Assembly (NCBI GenBank): GCA_965603825.1
Contig: CBFDEM010000054.1
Span: 1-64,000, forward strand
DNA length: 64,000 nucleotides
DNA from: Blepharisma stoltei ATCC 30299
Lineage: Eukaryota; Protista; Ciliophora
Direction of reading: 5' to 3'
The translations under genes and the position numbers were made by a program. How positions within the stretch are numbered: the stretch's first letter is position 1; every line of letters begins with the position of its first letter. Under the pieces are notes generated by a model. The model was given only the letters and a program-made list of their open reading frames with translations. It was not told where the DNA came from and made no database searches. Below, piece after piece: positions 49,151-63,310 of this stretch.

Positions 49151-52100
49151 TTATAAATTAAAATCTTGTTTGTATTTATTAAGCTCCAAATCGATGATTT
49201 TTAATGGTAAAGTAAAATCCAAAATTTTCTCTGATTGAATAGCTGAAGCAAAATAATTCAATTTTTCTTCAAAAATTGATTCAAAAGATATTTTCCATTT
49301 CTTCTCAGGCTCTGATTTCATTTTTTGTAAAATATCATTTAGCTCTGCTATTTTTGCATCAATTTCTTCTTTAGAGTTTTTTATGCACTCATTAGCAGCC
49401 AAAAATTCTTTTATATCATTTTTTGATAATAAATTTTTTTCAATGCAATTTTGTATTAGTTCTTCTCGGGATATTTGTTCTCTGTTTGTTATTGGTAAAG
49501 AATTCTGCTTTACGTTGATTCTTGATATATAATGAGGCTCAATCAGCTGAATTTCGTTTCCTTCAAATTTTATTCTATCAGGAGAAATGTACTTTACCCA
49601 TATCAAAAATTCTTGGACAATTATTGTTTCATTTTTATCTTCTCCTAAGCTGCTTAAAATATCCATAACTCCTTCTTTTAGACTGCTTTGGTAAATTTCA
49701 TAGTTTTCAGTGATAATCTCTAGTAAATATTCTAATTCAATTAGCCCATTTCCATTAATTCTCTTTGGATCATTTTGACTATTATTTTCAACATCATTCA
49801 CCATATTAGTAATCGTATGTTTGCCTACCAACCCTTCAAAGCTTTCTTTTATACACTCAATTGCTCTCGCTGTTGGAAACATCTGCTTATCAGCTGAGTC
49901 ATCATACCCCACAACAATCCCAATTTTCGAATTAAGCATAAACTGATAGCAATTTATATAAAATAAAAAGCTTTGTTTGCTATAATTATGCGAATTTATA
50001 AATTTTCCACAGCCAATAAATCGCATATATATTATTGGCCTTTTGAAGTCAGAATTTTTTATTAATGAAGCTACAAATTCCAAAAATTTCTTTTCGCCAA
50101 CATTCCTTAATGTATATTTATTTGCAAATTCGTTATATGTTTCTTCTAGAAGCCCTTCGAATCCTTCATCGTTTTTTATTTTATTTACACATTCCAAAAG
50201 GATAGAGCTTGCTATACGGTTTACCATTCTTCTAGACATTTTGGACTTTTTTTTGATTGCGTCTAATTTTTTTTCTAAAAATTTTTGTAGCAGCATAGGC
50301 GCTGGGTTGACTTTTCTAGCCGCATTTTGTAACTCTGAATGAGCGAAATTAAATTCGCTAAATTTTGTAGACTCTTTTCCAGATTTTTTTAGGTTTTTCT
50401 TTAAATGGGCATTATACAGCGACATTTTCCTTTCATTTGTAGCCTCATCAGCTTCATTATAATCTAATGAAAAACTGTTAGTGTCCTTCTGGTTTTCTTC
50501 GCTTCAGGCTGAGTCTTTTTCGTTTTCTTCGCTTTGTTCTTTTATAGCTTGCAGATAGCCATCTGTTTGTCCTTGCTCATAGCCAAGTTTTTCGCCATCA
50601 CTGAATCCATCAACTCTGCCTTTTTCATATCCTGTATTAAATCCGGCTTTTCATGAAGAAATTTCTACACCTTCTGGAATAATTTCTGCAAAATCTTGTC
50701 CTGACATAAAATTGGATTCTTCATTTCTCAAGGAAAATCTTGGGGATTGAGCTTTGTTTTTTCCACTTTTGCTTTGGAAGAAAGCTGATTTCTTATTGAT
50801 TGGGCTTATCCCACCTCTGAGTCCTGCTGATAAAGGCTCCTCGTAGTCCACACTTTCTATCATCTTTTGTTTCTGTGCGATATCTTTATCAAGGATTTCC
50901 AGTATTTTCTTTTTTTCTTTGATTTCTTTCTCCAGTTTTTCAATTTCCTCTTTTTTCTGTTTTTCTTTATTTTTTGATTGAGCATTATTATCTGATTTAG
51001 CTTTTATTTGAAGATTTACTGATTTCTCTTTTTTCGAAGTTGGAGTCAGGCTCATTTTTTGATTTTTTATGTCTAATTTACTAGCAGCTTCTTCTTTTGC
51101 TTCTTCAGCTTTCTCTTTATTGATTTCATCCATTTCTGGGCTTGAAATTGGGGAAATAATAATTTCTGTTATCGTCTTGACTCCGGCCGCTGAAAATTTT
51201 TTTGGCGGTTTTGGTGCAGGACTTTTCCTTTTAATTACCTTTTTATTTTTTTTCTCTTTTTTTGTAGCTTCATTATTTGCTTGTGGAGGTATGAAGCTGT
51301 TTCTTCTTATTTTTTTGTTTTCTTTTTTGAATTCACCTTCAATGCTTGTATTTGGTGATTCATTAGGAATAAGTAAAAACGAAGGAGTCCTTGAAATTAC
51401 AGCTTTAATAGGAATTTCTCCATCTGATTTCGTTGATGTATTTAGTATTTCATTTCCAATGCTGCTATCATTAAGAGCTTCCTCATCATTTTTTACAGCA
51501 GAAATAGTCTCACTATCAACATTCCCTGAATTCCCCGAATTTTCAGTATTTTTTTGATTTTCATTAATAAGAGGTGCCTCATTATTCCTGTCATCGAACA
51601 TAGACATCCCAGACTTATCAATGTCATCGATCATTTTTGTGCCATCAGACTCCATAGTAGCTTCAATAATCAGTGTCGTTTGGACATCCTTTGTGTCATA
51701 GCTAAGCTCAGTTTTTAATTCCTCTTCAATTTCATCAGTTTGCATTTCTCTGTCTGTACATTCTACATGGTCTTTCATATTCAAAAATTCTTCAAAATTC
51801 GGGATTTCTTCCATAATGGTTGGCATTTGGCTTATGCTGGTTTTTTCATTATTTTGGTCTGATTTATTTTCTTTTATATCTTCATTATTTCCTTGCTCTT
51901 TATTTTCTTCTTCTTTTCAAAATACTTTTGAAAGCTCGTCAGGGTTGTGAGGCCTAGCTATTTTTTTTAGCTGCCAAGCTAAATGTGCATCATAATTACT
52001 CCGATTTCTATCATTATTTCCTTTAAAATATTTGTGAATAAATTCATCAAGCTTTTTTTTAAAAAACAACGCATTGCCTTGTGCTCTGATTTTACTATCT

Positions 52101-53092
52101 TTTTCCATATGAAGCAAGCTCTCTTTTTCTTTTAATTTAGCATTAATATTGGAAATTTCTTTTTCTAGAAGTGACCTGATTGCCGATTTTTCTTCTTCGA
52201 ATTTGTCTCTGAGCTCGTTCATTTCTTCTTTTAACTTGTCATTTTTTTTAATATATACCTCAGGGAATTTAATAAACAGTTCTTTTAATAAATCTCCTCT
52301 TTCAACACATTGTACCGAAACCTGCCTGACAAGTTCTCGGCTGCACATTTCATATATTAATTCAGCCGATTCTAAGTCTTCATAATCTGCTTCAATATAT
52401 TTATTTTTCATATAATTATACCACTTTCACAAATTCTCAATATCTTGTCTACCAGTTGGGTTTCCAAGATGCAGCCTTTCAAACGTGTCTATTGAATGAG
52501 GTGTTGGAGATTCATTATAATTTTCAGTAAAAGAGCCTACAGAGGCGCTGGGGTTTAATTTTACAGTCCTTGTAGATATTTGGTTTGTTGCGAGAACTCG
52601 GCTGATGCATGATTCTTTTTTACAAAACATAGGGTTTAAATTTCCGTTTGAGCCTACAATCATGGGCACTCCTCGAGTGTCACTACTTTCATAAAGAGCT
52701 TTTAACTGTAAAAGATCTGTAGGAAACTCAACTGCGTTTAATAAATCTAAGTTTAAAGATTGTTTGTCCTTTATGTGAGAAATGTCTCGGGTTGGCTTTA
52801 ATGAAGATAAACGAGCTTGGTCACGCTTCTTTTCTGTTTTTAATAATTCTCGAATCCGATCGTGCTCAAGGCTCCCAAAACGTTTATGCTCTGATAAATG
52901 TCCGAAATCAAAAATGTTCTGGGATTGCTGCCCCATCAGGATATTTTCCAGCTTATAATTTTTTGAGGTTTTCAAACTTTCCCTTGATGTAATGATAGGA
53001 AACAGGACTTTCACAAGATCTTCGTTTTGGGACTTTGGCTTGATTTCTATGTGTAGCCCAATTGGGCTTTTCTTTGATGGGCTTTTTTTCAT
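49151..53092 (-). CDS. Large coiled-coil protein with axonemal dynein light chain (p28)-like domain, 1313 aa
   Basis: Four fragments in one frame joined through TGA; PTGRQDIENL...ELVRQVSVQCVERGDLL motif. Confidence 0.75.
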
Positions 53093-53975
53093 GTTAAAAT
53101 GCAATATAATATAAATAAAATAATACAACGTTAAAACGTTCTTAATATTGATAAGCTCGCAAAGCCCTTCACCTCCTAAAGCAATTAATCAGTGATATAT
53201 GTATTAATTAGTTCTTAAGAAAAAAGAATCAAGTATTACCTGTGAGAGCTGTGGAAATTAGATGGTAAAATCTTGAGGGAAGCACAATTAAGCCAAATTG
53301 CATTTTCCCTGAACAAAAACGCCAAAGACTATTTAAAAGACCAACATATAGCTAATATAACTTATATAGATATAATTAAGAGAAGTACTAGTTTTATTTT
53401 TCATAAATCGAAATGTAACTTCTTTCTTCAAGAATTAAACTAAATATAACCAGGAGCTCCTATCATTAGGATTTCATTAAAATATTAAGTTCCCCTAGCT
53501 TCTTCATTAGATGTTTTTCTTAATACTCGGACCTCTATGCAAGAAAGATGTTTAAAAATAATTATTAAATACTCTTAAATAAAAAATAAATTTATATTTT
53601 AAACTGCCTTATTGATTTTATTTAGTTCATTTTAGGTTTCTGCCATTCTAATAAGGTTTCGGATATTTCCAAAGAACCTTTCTATTGCTATTACTATACT
53701 GATTCTTTATAGCTCTGCAGGCACGAAGTTGGAGATATCTTTTTTCTGTGTTTGAGAAATAAATTAGTCTTAAGGATTTATAATATCTATATATTAGCCT
53801 ATCCTTTAGAAATGCTAAAATGATAATATGGCTGACTTTCAAAGGCAAATAATTATGCTAAGACTCCATTTACATGGTTCATATTCAAATTTCAAATATG
53901 TAAAGAGAAATAACATCATAAAGCTTAAAATCTTAACTATGGTGAAATAGAGGATCTTATACATAATTTAAAAAA

Positions 53976-56613
53976 TTAATTATGGTAAAGTTTTCTTTTC
54001 AAAGAATGTAGCTCGCTACTACACCTTCCAAGTTGGTACGTTTTCTGATGCTCTGAATATAAACTCTTAAGGGTTTCCCTAAACTTCGTGAGGGGTTAAT
54101 TCCAATTTGTGAGGTCATTCAAAAAATGCATCTGAGGTTCGGTTATTTTCACTAAAAATAAGCCAAAAATTTCTGTTTCAAGCTGCGCTCCTCCTTCATC
54201 AGAAAACTTTAACGGCTTTTTTTTCTGCTTTCCTGGTACACCTTTTTTGAGTGTTTCATGAGTTGGCGTTTTTCTGGGTATCTCATAAAATCTTGGTTCC
54301 ATTTTTCTTATGTGATGTGCAAGTTCGTGAACGAATATCACTTTTTGTGCGCAAATGTTTAGTTTCTGAGTATTATTATATTTTGAATTAATAAGGATAT
54401 CTCCTCCAAAAATTTGACACCTGCTATATCATCTGGCAATGAAGCGAAATAAACTTGATCATAGCAGGGTTTTGCATTATCGAAGTTTAGATTAATTTTA
54501 CCAAATCCCTTAGTAACTACATTTGAGTGAACCAAATTCGTAAAGGCATCTATTTGATTTTGGTCAGGTTTAGTTATTTCTTCTGAAATTAGTTTTATTA
54601 AAAACGAGTTTGTTTCAGCTATAAAATTTACAGTTTTTTTAGAGCGTTTTAAGCTTAGGTCAAATAAATTCTTTAGCTGTGAAAGCAACCACTTTTTGAC
54701 TTGAGGCTGAAATTTATCTTCTTCAAAAAGTATTTTTAGAATGTATGACTCTTTGAAATCTTTTAAAAGATCAATGATCAAACTAGTATCTGTTTTAGGT
54801 ATCAGATTATCTCAAATACTTAAGTCTTCAAGATTATCAGGCTCACACAATTGATTTGGATTTTCAGTTTTTGTTTCTTCATTTATTTCTTCAATTCTTT
54901 TTTTCTCTTTTTCTTTCACTTTTTTGACTTCCACAATTCATTTTTTCTTCCTAAAATCAGTATCTCAGAAAATTCTCATCTGAATTTTTGCACAGTATTG
55001 AAGATCATTATAATCAATATTACTTAGACTAAATCCATTAATATTATTTGAAATCAAGGTTTCCATCTGAAATAAATCATTATCTTCTCTGTTCTTGAGA
55101 TAGTTAATTAGATGATCAATAAATCTTACAAAATAAACTGGGGGTGTTATAGCTAAATAATTATCATGCAAACATTTGAGAGCAAGCAAAAAGGTATATT
55201 TAGATAAGAAGTCTTCAATATCTATACAATCTGGCATATAAATGCATCCTTTATCTATTTTTGTATTTGCTTCTATGAATTCAAAATCTTTTCCCGGGCT
55301 CTAGGTAAAAATTGAAAAATTAGTAAAAATGGTTTCTCTCTATTAATTTATTTTTTAGCATTTTCATAAGCATTCTCAAAAAGTTTTAAAGAAAAATTCA
55401 CTGCTAAATCCTCAAACTCTTCATAAAACCTATTGCTAATATAAGTCAGCAGCAAGAGCTCCAAAATAATTTTTTCAGAATCCGGAATATTTTGATACCA
55501 CTTATCTTCTTGCAAAACTTTTGAGAAGTACTCTTTTAAGAAGCACTGATCATATGAGTTGCTTTCTATTTGATATGTAGCAAGCAATTCAAATCTTCAA
55601 AGGTTTTCTCTCCATATTTCCGGTATATTAAAACATTTGGAAAGCTCTGACTCTTTAATTATAAACCCTATGTTTCTTCTCTTTTTATTATTCATGTACC
55701 GCATGAGTATTTTTATTGCCTCATTAATATTTAACGACATCTCTTGCTTTTCATCAACCATTTTTATAGCCTTTTCCATATAAAAATTTATATAAATTGA
55801 TGTTCAATATTTGCTCTTACCAAAAAATGCATATTTATTATCAGACTCTTGCTCAAAGTTGTTGTTTACTTGCTTCTGAAGGATGAGAATAAGAAATATT
55901 CTGGATTTTCTTTTTTTGATATCTATCATTTCTTCCTTACTTTTGCTTTCTTCTGCTTTTGTAGTTAATTTCAGATATCGGCTTAAAGCAAGAAATATAC
56001 ACTTTCATGTTTCTTTTTGTGAAATAAGCTCTATCACTTTTGTCCAAAAATTTGGGTCAAATTCAAAATCCAGATTTTTGGCAATTGTGAAATTCAAAAA
56101 TTTTAAAAACCTCCTTAAGAGCAAATCCATATATAATTCTAGGCTATTTTCATGGTTAAATCTGGAGAAGTTTGATTCGAAAAAAGATATGATTGTTGCA
56201 AAATTTTCTTAATCAAAAATTGAAATGTTTATTTTTGCAGCTAAGTAAGAGAGAGTAAGAATCTTTATTAATGCATCTATACAGCATTCGTCTCTAACAG
56301 ATGTTAATTTTATGATCAAGCTTGCAAGATCTGGTAAACACGCTTCTAGCGACTTCAAAAAATCTTCATTAACCATGCTATGGTAGTCAAGCATTGATCC
56401 GATATAGTAAAAATCGTATTGGCTTTGCAAATCTTGAACTTCAGAAGGCTGCAGAAGAAGAGAATTTACAATTTGGTCTATTTGGAAACTTTCTGATTCA
56501 CTTAATGCTTGCTCGTTCCACACTTCTGAGGACCTTGGATCACTATTGAGCAATCTTAATATTAAATCTCTAATCATTTAATGAAGTTTATCTTGTGCCT
56601 CTAGCGTTTCCAT
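53976..56613 (-). pseudogene. Disrupted ~880-codon gene with C-terminal zincin-like HExxH motif
   Basis: [12 protein letters not shown]...[12 protein letters not shown]; in-frame TAA/TAG at 56578, 56209, 55348, 55301 and 54096; frameshifts near 55340 and 54410. Confidence 0.7.
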
Positions 56614-56702
56614 TTTAATTATATTGAACACGCTTTACTTTAAAATCATTTGCAAATTATTTAATGCTAAGCATAGGTAGATTATCTCTAAATTCGCTGT
56701 CT

Positions 56703-56882
56703 ATGGTAGAACTTCTCATCAGTTTTATAATCTTTGCTATATTTTGAGATAAAGGACTTGAATTCTTCAACTTCGAGACTGTATTGGATCAGCTGGTGGA
56801 GAAGAAATGTTGGCTGAAAAAACGAATGATGCTGCAAATCATAAGAGCAAGTAATTGTGAGAATGATAAAAAAGGCTTTTAG
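56703..56882 (+). CDS. Possible 59-aa small protein with hydrophobic N-terminus
   Basis: MVELLISFIIFAIF-W(TGA)-DKGLEFF...KKGF*; no homology recognised. Confidence 0.3.
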
Positions 56883-57130
56883 ATGAGTTTTATTATGTCT
56901 TGGTGTTGCTTCTTCAATTATTCCTATTAATTAAGTTTATAGAAACTGCTAAAATTATTATTAATAATAGATAAAATAATTTCTTATTCTGAAAGTTCAG
57001 CTGCGGACAATTGTGTACTTAAGGCATAAAATTATAATTTGGAGAATTTTAAGTAAGAAATCTCATAATTTGTCTAGTGATCATTATTAGGCTAGTAACA
57101 CATCTATTAAATATATTAAATAATTTATAT

Positions 57131-58123
57131 ATGGAAACATCTTGCATACCACTAAATGCTGAATATCGATGCCACGGCTTGCATAATTCTGGAAACTCTT
57201 GCTTTTTAAATGTATCTGCTCAATTTCTTATGGCAATTGGCCCATTTTATCATCTATCTCAGAACGTTCAAGGGGATTATCCATTTCTCAGGAGCATCTT
57301 ACAAGCTTATACATGTCAAAGGCTTTTAGAACCATCTTCTCCATTCTGATTGATTACAGAATTATTTTTAGGCTATACTCCTAGAGCAATTAGACAAAAT
57401 TGTGCTGGCGAATTCTTAAGATTTTTCTTAGGAAATTTGGATGAAGAATTAAAACATATTCGGCCTAGACAAGAGCACGATGATTCCTTCGTAGAGGCAG
57501 GAAAACGAAATAACTCTCAAAGCGTAAGCTTTCGGGCTCGAGGCCAGAGCGTACTATATGACATACTCGGTTTATGCATAAAAAATGAATACAAAGCAAA
57601 AGGGCATACATCAATATGTTTTCAAGAAGAGCTCGTATTGGCGGTTCAGGTTGAAGCCAATTTAACCACAGCAATTTCAAAGGCGCTTGCTATAAAAACA
57701 GTAGAAGACTATTGCATTGATGGAATTCCTACAACTTGTACAGTGAAGTCTCAAATCGCATCATTTTCTCCTTTCTTACTGATTCATATCCAGCGATTTA
57801 CTATAGTTAATGGTAAAGTCCAAAAAATTTCTCAGCATGTAGAATTTCCCAGAACTTTTACAATTCCTTTGAAATTTCTCTCTCCATCATTAAAACTCTC
57901 AACTGAGTCAGGACATGTGCAGCCTCCTACATATGAACTTAAAGGAATAATTGAGCATCATGGAGAATTCGCTAACTCAGGCCACTACACAGCTGTTATT
58001 CATCATGGGAACAGCTGAATTCTTATTGACGATAACCAAACTCGATTTATCACACCTGACAGTGTGCGAAGCAAACAAGCTTATATTTTATTATATCAAC
58101 AAAATAATAAAGAAAATATATAA
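57131..58123 (+). CDS. Ubiquitin-specific protease (C19), catalytic domain only, USP10/Ubp3-like
   Basis: GLHNSGNSCFLN Cys box, QNCAGEFL, HIQRF, EHHGEFANSGHY, W(TGA)ILIDD, AYILLY. Confidence 0.88.
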
Positions 58124-58125
58124 TT

Positions 58126-61100
58126 TTATGCTTTATTTGTTTCTATTGCAGATAAGTTAACTACATTGCTTGATGCAAACCTCTGCCGCCTGTAAAAAAG
58201 AATATACGCTTTTGATGTAATAATTTCATTTTCCACATCTCCTGTGACTTCAAATACTAAATTATCATCATAATAAAGCCACCTTTTCTCGTTTTCTGCG
58301 TTTAAGCAAAAGCAAGTATAATGCCCACCTTCCACACTACCTGAATGATTTACAACTGCAAATAGGTCGTACATGTAATTTTCTTTAGTTGTTGATATAG
58401 TAATTCCTGTTTTATTTTCTGTGTTTGCCATTATTGATGATAAATCCAGATATGTAAGAGGAAAAGTTACTAAGTTTGACAGCTTTTTAAAGCCATTACC
58501 GTCAAAACTGAAACGTTTTAAATGGACAATCAAAATGTCAGGGACTCTTCATATCTCAATTTGAGACTGCTTTTTATCGTGGCTGCATTTTTCGCATTTA
58601 GCTTCTAGCGTTTCAGTTTGCGTGAATTTTTCAAGGCATTGGTCAATACTAAAAACAGCTAAATCTTCTATTTCTTTTATGATAACATACTTGTAGAGTC
58701 CTGGATTTCTCCAAAAAATGCACACGAAGACTGATTTTTGGTTTTTTTCAATCCATTTTAATGTGTCGTTGTTTCTGGGGCACTCGCAGCCTTGGCATTT
58801 TTCTTTTGTGCAGAGAGCGCATTTCATGTCGCTGTTTTTTAATAGAAAAAATGATAAATTGGAAGGAGTGGTTTTTGATGTATAATAAGTCTTTATGGTC
58901 ACTTCTTTGCATAGCAAATCGAGCTGGTTGTTTAGGTCTTTTCATGTATATCAGTTTCCTATTGATAAAACTTGAGGAATTCCGAAAAATTCATAAGAAA
59001 GCAAGCCTTTTCTGGAGTGAGTTATAAGCAAATGGATAATTTTGTTGTCGTTTTTGGTATGTGTTCTTAGTGGGGCTAAAGATTCATCAAATTTAGATAG
59101 ACAAACAGTGCTAGGAATTTCTGTATTCAAATGGATTTCTACTTGTATTCCTCTTATATCTGCAATTTGGCCTTCAATTCAGCCATACTCAGCTGAATTC
59201 ACATCAATTTGTTGGCCTTTCTTTAGCAGTTTTCTTCATCCTTCTACATTTTCCCTCTTCAGAGTCAATTTTCCTGCCATTTCAGCTTGCTCAATATCGT
59301 CAATCACTTCAAAAGCATAAAGATCAGACTCATCATTTAAAATACAATCCATGATATTTTTGGGGTAAAACAAATCATCAGCATAGCTATGATTTACATG
59401 CGCAAATAAAAAATTTTGTGGCGAAACTCCTGTTAATGTATTCAATTTTTCAAATAAATCGCTAATTTCGCAATTTTTTTTTAGTTTCAGAATATATCTT
59501 ACAATTGGATTAGGAGGCCTTAAAATGACAGTAATTCTTATAGAAAGCTCAGATTGCTCATTTGGCAGTGGGATGCTTAAATCCATAAACATTTCAAATA
59601 ATGTTGTTATGTCGTTGCATTTTTCGCATTTTAATACGTTGCGGGTTTGGCCTCCACATAAATCTGATATTACAGAACCTCGGGATCCTTGTAATAATTC
59701 CCATTGTTCTTGGCTTGCTTTTTTTTCTTCTTGTGGGCTGGGATTGCTTAAGGAAAGAATTTGGTGTCGCTCAATATTTTCAACCCTTCTATTTAAATCT
59801 TCATGTAGACTATCCAAAAGAATTCGTAAAAACTCATGGCTGTCATGCTGCTCATAACCACGGAATTGTGAATGAATTTGTGAAAAAATGTTTAAAAAAG
59901 AATTCGGGCGATACGAAGGCTGTGAACCATTTCAAAGCTCTTGGAGGACATTTTGCAGCTCATATGAAATTTTTCCTTTAGAGCCATCCGGGTTATCGTG
60001 GTTAATGTGCTTTATGTGGGCTTCTGAAGAGAAAAAATGGTTCAATAAAGGAGTATTGCTAATAGGCTGCAAAATTGAGTTCATAAAGCAGGTGTTTCCT
60101 ATATTGACTAATCCCGTTGCACCTTTAAGGGTTTTATTATCAATTTGGATTCTATTCGGCTTCCTGAGCCTATATTTTTCATATAAAGGAATAGAAATTG
60201 ATTTTTTCATCCATCCTCCTCCTATAACAAATTCTTCATCTTTTATTTCAGTTAATGTCCCTGGCATCCAATAGCCATGATCATAATACTCCACAGGATC
60301 TCCTTCCAAAAATGCATCTCCTCTTTCTTCTTTTTCAGCGAAAAAGCTGCTATTTCTTATATCTCCTAATTCTAATATGCATTGGCTTATGTTGGGAAAA
60401 CTTATATCTTCAATAACCCATTGAGGATCTAACAGCTCTCTTGAATCTCCATCAACAAGCAGCAAATTCATGATATCGTCCGCATATTTTCCTTTAAAAG
60501 TCTCCAAGACGTCACTAATTTTTTTCTTTTTTGAAATTAAAATAAAAGTAGGTTTTTTATTTATTGACTGTCCAGCTTTTTTAACTATAATTTTAAACAC
60601 TTGTGGATAAAGCTCGATTTCTAGGTTTCCATTGTGTAAGATGGTTTCGCGGCTAAATTCAGGGCCTCCTCCATACCAACTTAGCAGCTCTTTTCACGCG
60701 GAGTTTGGGATCAGTTCAAAATGGTCGCCAGCTATGAGACCATCAAAAAGCTTAAGCTCACAGTTTGGGTCTTGAAGCTCACGGTTGTCAATTTCAATAG
60801 GTCGAGATCCTTGCACAACACTTCTTGAACGGATCATTCTTAAAGAGGCCGCTCTTTCGATTTCTGGGTCTTTTTGCTCTTCTCCTGTAAAATTCACATA
60901 TCTTTTCCAAGCATCAAATCAGTTTCCAGAAATCACGTTTCATATGTCTCCCTCTTTTCGGCCTGTTTTTTCAGATTCTGCTAGAAGGGTCCGAATGATT
61001 TCTCTCTCACTGACTGGTGATGGAATTATTTCAAAAGGCTGCAGTACTAAATGAAGCTCCAAATTTTCTAATGCCCAGTTCTTGAACTCTTCAAAGCTAA

Positions 61101-61596
61101 GCTGCTTTTTTTGATTAATACAAATGTCTAATACTGATTCACTATTTTTTGGAAATTGGTCATTTTCTCTTATAAAATTTTCACAATATCTTTGAAGCAA
61201 TTTGATCTCTTCTGTATCTAATTTTTCACTATTTTTCAAATCAAAGACCTTAAATAGGAATTTACATTTTTCGTCTCTATGCCCTACAATATATTGAGAA
61301 ACAGTTACGCATAAATTGTACCAAGAAATATACCCCGACGAATCACTATCAAAAACTTTAAATGATGACACAACTATTTCTTCAGGAAATTCTTTAAGTA
61401 GAGGTAATAATTTTCTAAACCCTTTTAGATCAATTCCAGAATCGGTTTGAACTTCTTTAAATTTCAATTTCAGCAGATTAAGTTGTGCAGAGCCAAGCCT
61501 ATCAAGTTTAGCATTGTATTCAATGATATTCAGCTTCTTTGGAATTGTAACTGGATTATCTTTAGGTCTTGGCTTATTGCCTATGCATGAACCCAT
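58126..61596 (-). CDS. USP32-like deubiquitinase (N-myristoyl MGSC, EF-hands, DUSP, USP), 1156 aa
   Basis: EF-hand DSDSSGYISW; DUSP (PIEIDNREL, W..L.SWYGGGP); GLVNIGNTCFMNS; QHDSHEFL; HLKRF; NHSGSVEGGHY. Confidence 0.9.
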
Positions 61597-61694
61597 GATA
61601 AAGAAAATTCTTATTATTCCTACATCCACTAATTGAATTTCTATGCATCTTATTAATTATGGGCTTTTTATTAGAAATTCTAACAAATTTAAGC

Positions 61695-62438
61695 TTAAAA
61701 GCTTACACAGATTGTTTTACAGCCACTTATTGCAGGCCCAGCTTTATCGTCCCTCATTAAAACACTTCTTCGATCAGGAGGCGCTTCAAATATCTCTGTA
61801 CACTTTTTACAAATCAGCTTTTCGACGCTGTCCCATCTTAGGCATTTTTCTGCGTCACTTTTCTTTTTATTCAGTGAATTTTCCAAAAATTCGATTTCTT
61901 CTAAAACTTTTTTGAGTTTTTCTTGGATTTCGTCAGCCTCTTTATCTAATTTTGAGTATTTATTTTCTATGTCTTTTTCAGACTCTTTCATGGTGTCAAT
62001 GGCTTCGTCAAGGTTTTTTATTGCTCTTAGCCTTTCTTCGTTGCTTCTTTTTTCTTCGTTGATTACTTCTTGGATTCCGTCTTCTTTGGATTTAAATTCT
62101 TCTTTTTTCTTGTCTAAGCCTTTTGTCATCAAGATAATTTTATTGTCAAGCTCTGCAATTTCGTGTATAAATGACCGAGAATGCTTTTTTACTCCATTCA
62201 GCTCGTCCTCCATCTCTTTAATCCTATCTGATGTAGAGTTTCTATATTCATTGCACTTTGAGCTAATATCACAATTGTCGCAAATCCGCTTATTTTCTTT
62301 CTTTTTCTTCGAATGAACGTCACATACTAATTTCCCACAGCTCTCACATGCAAATCCTGATGCTTTTTTCTTGAGAGCTAATCCACACATATAGCACTGA
62401 TTAATTGCTTTAGGAGGTGAAGGGCTTGGTGAGCTCAT
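61695..62438 (-). CDS. FYVE-like zinc finger + coiled-coil protein
   Basis: CYMC...CESCGKLVCDVHS...RICDNC; long coiled coil; Cys-containing C-terminus. Confidence 0.75.
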   Translation of the reverse strand: MSSPSPSPPKAINQCYMCGLALKKKASGFACESCGKLVCDVHSKKKKENKRICDNCDISSKCNEYRNSTSDRIKEMEDELNGVKKHSRSFIHEIAELDNKIILMTKGLDKKKEEFKSKEDGIQEVINEEKRSNEERLRAIKNLDEAIDTMKESEKDIENKYSKLDKEADEIQEKLKKVLEEIEFLENSLNKKKSDAEKCLRWDSVEKLICKKCTEIFEAPPDRRSVLMRDDKAGPAISGCKTICVSF

Positions 62439-62454
62439 TTTAATGAATATTAAG

Positions 62455-63012
62455 CTAATTATCATTAACTTTATCAAAATCTAAGTTACTGGATTTGATT
62501 TTCCGTTTTATAAACACGATTTTTCTTATTGGAGGGAATAGAATTTCGTTATCTAATTTTGGGCTGTTTGCAGGGAATGATATATCTATAACTGAGTCGT
62601 TTGTATAATTCCCTTGTCGGCTAAAAGTTTGGCACCCAACGTCCAGACTTTTAAATATTTTAGGCTCTGAAAAATTTGATTTAGGCACAAAAAGTAGTTT
62701 CCTAGCAAAGCTAGCTGGCTTTGGAGTAACATTTCTCTCAATTTTCTCTTGCGATCGATCATAAGAGTTAAGAAACGATCAGTTAATTCTCGAGCGGATA
62801 GGAGAAGGATTTTTGCTGGTAAGCGGCAGAGTATTTTGATTATAATTCAGCTCGTTTTTCTTATATTTTCGTTTTAATAAAAAGCTCTTTGGAGTTGGAG
62901 TGCTGCAGAAAAAAGGTCACTTAGCTAAAAGCATATTATCAATTTTTTTAAGAGTCAATAGGCAATCTTTTCGAGAATTATAATCTCCTGAATTATTTGA
63001 TTCTTTTTTCAT
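62455..63012 (-). CDS. Uncharacterised basic protein, 185 aa
   Basis: Open from ATG 63012 through two TGA codons to TAG. Confidence 0.55.
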
Positions 63013-63310
63013 ATTATCTTAATATATTACCTTATTGATCTATTTAATTTCTAGCGTTTCACTATTTAATTTCCTACCTTTACATCTTATTTTTCTGCAA
63101 TATCAATCTATTATATCTTCTTTTGCTAAATAAATTCTCAGTCATTCGATAAAATCATATCAATTTAAATATTCAAATTTTCCATATACTTTAAATCTAT
63201 CTCAGAATCAATAAATTTCTCATGAAATTATACTTTTTCTGATCCCTCACTACCTTTTCTTATTCTCTCTATCCTAATTCTCACATCCTTTCCGTAGATT
63301 CATAAAATTA

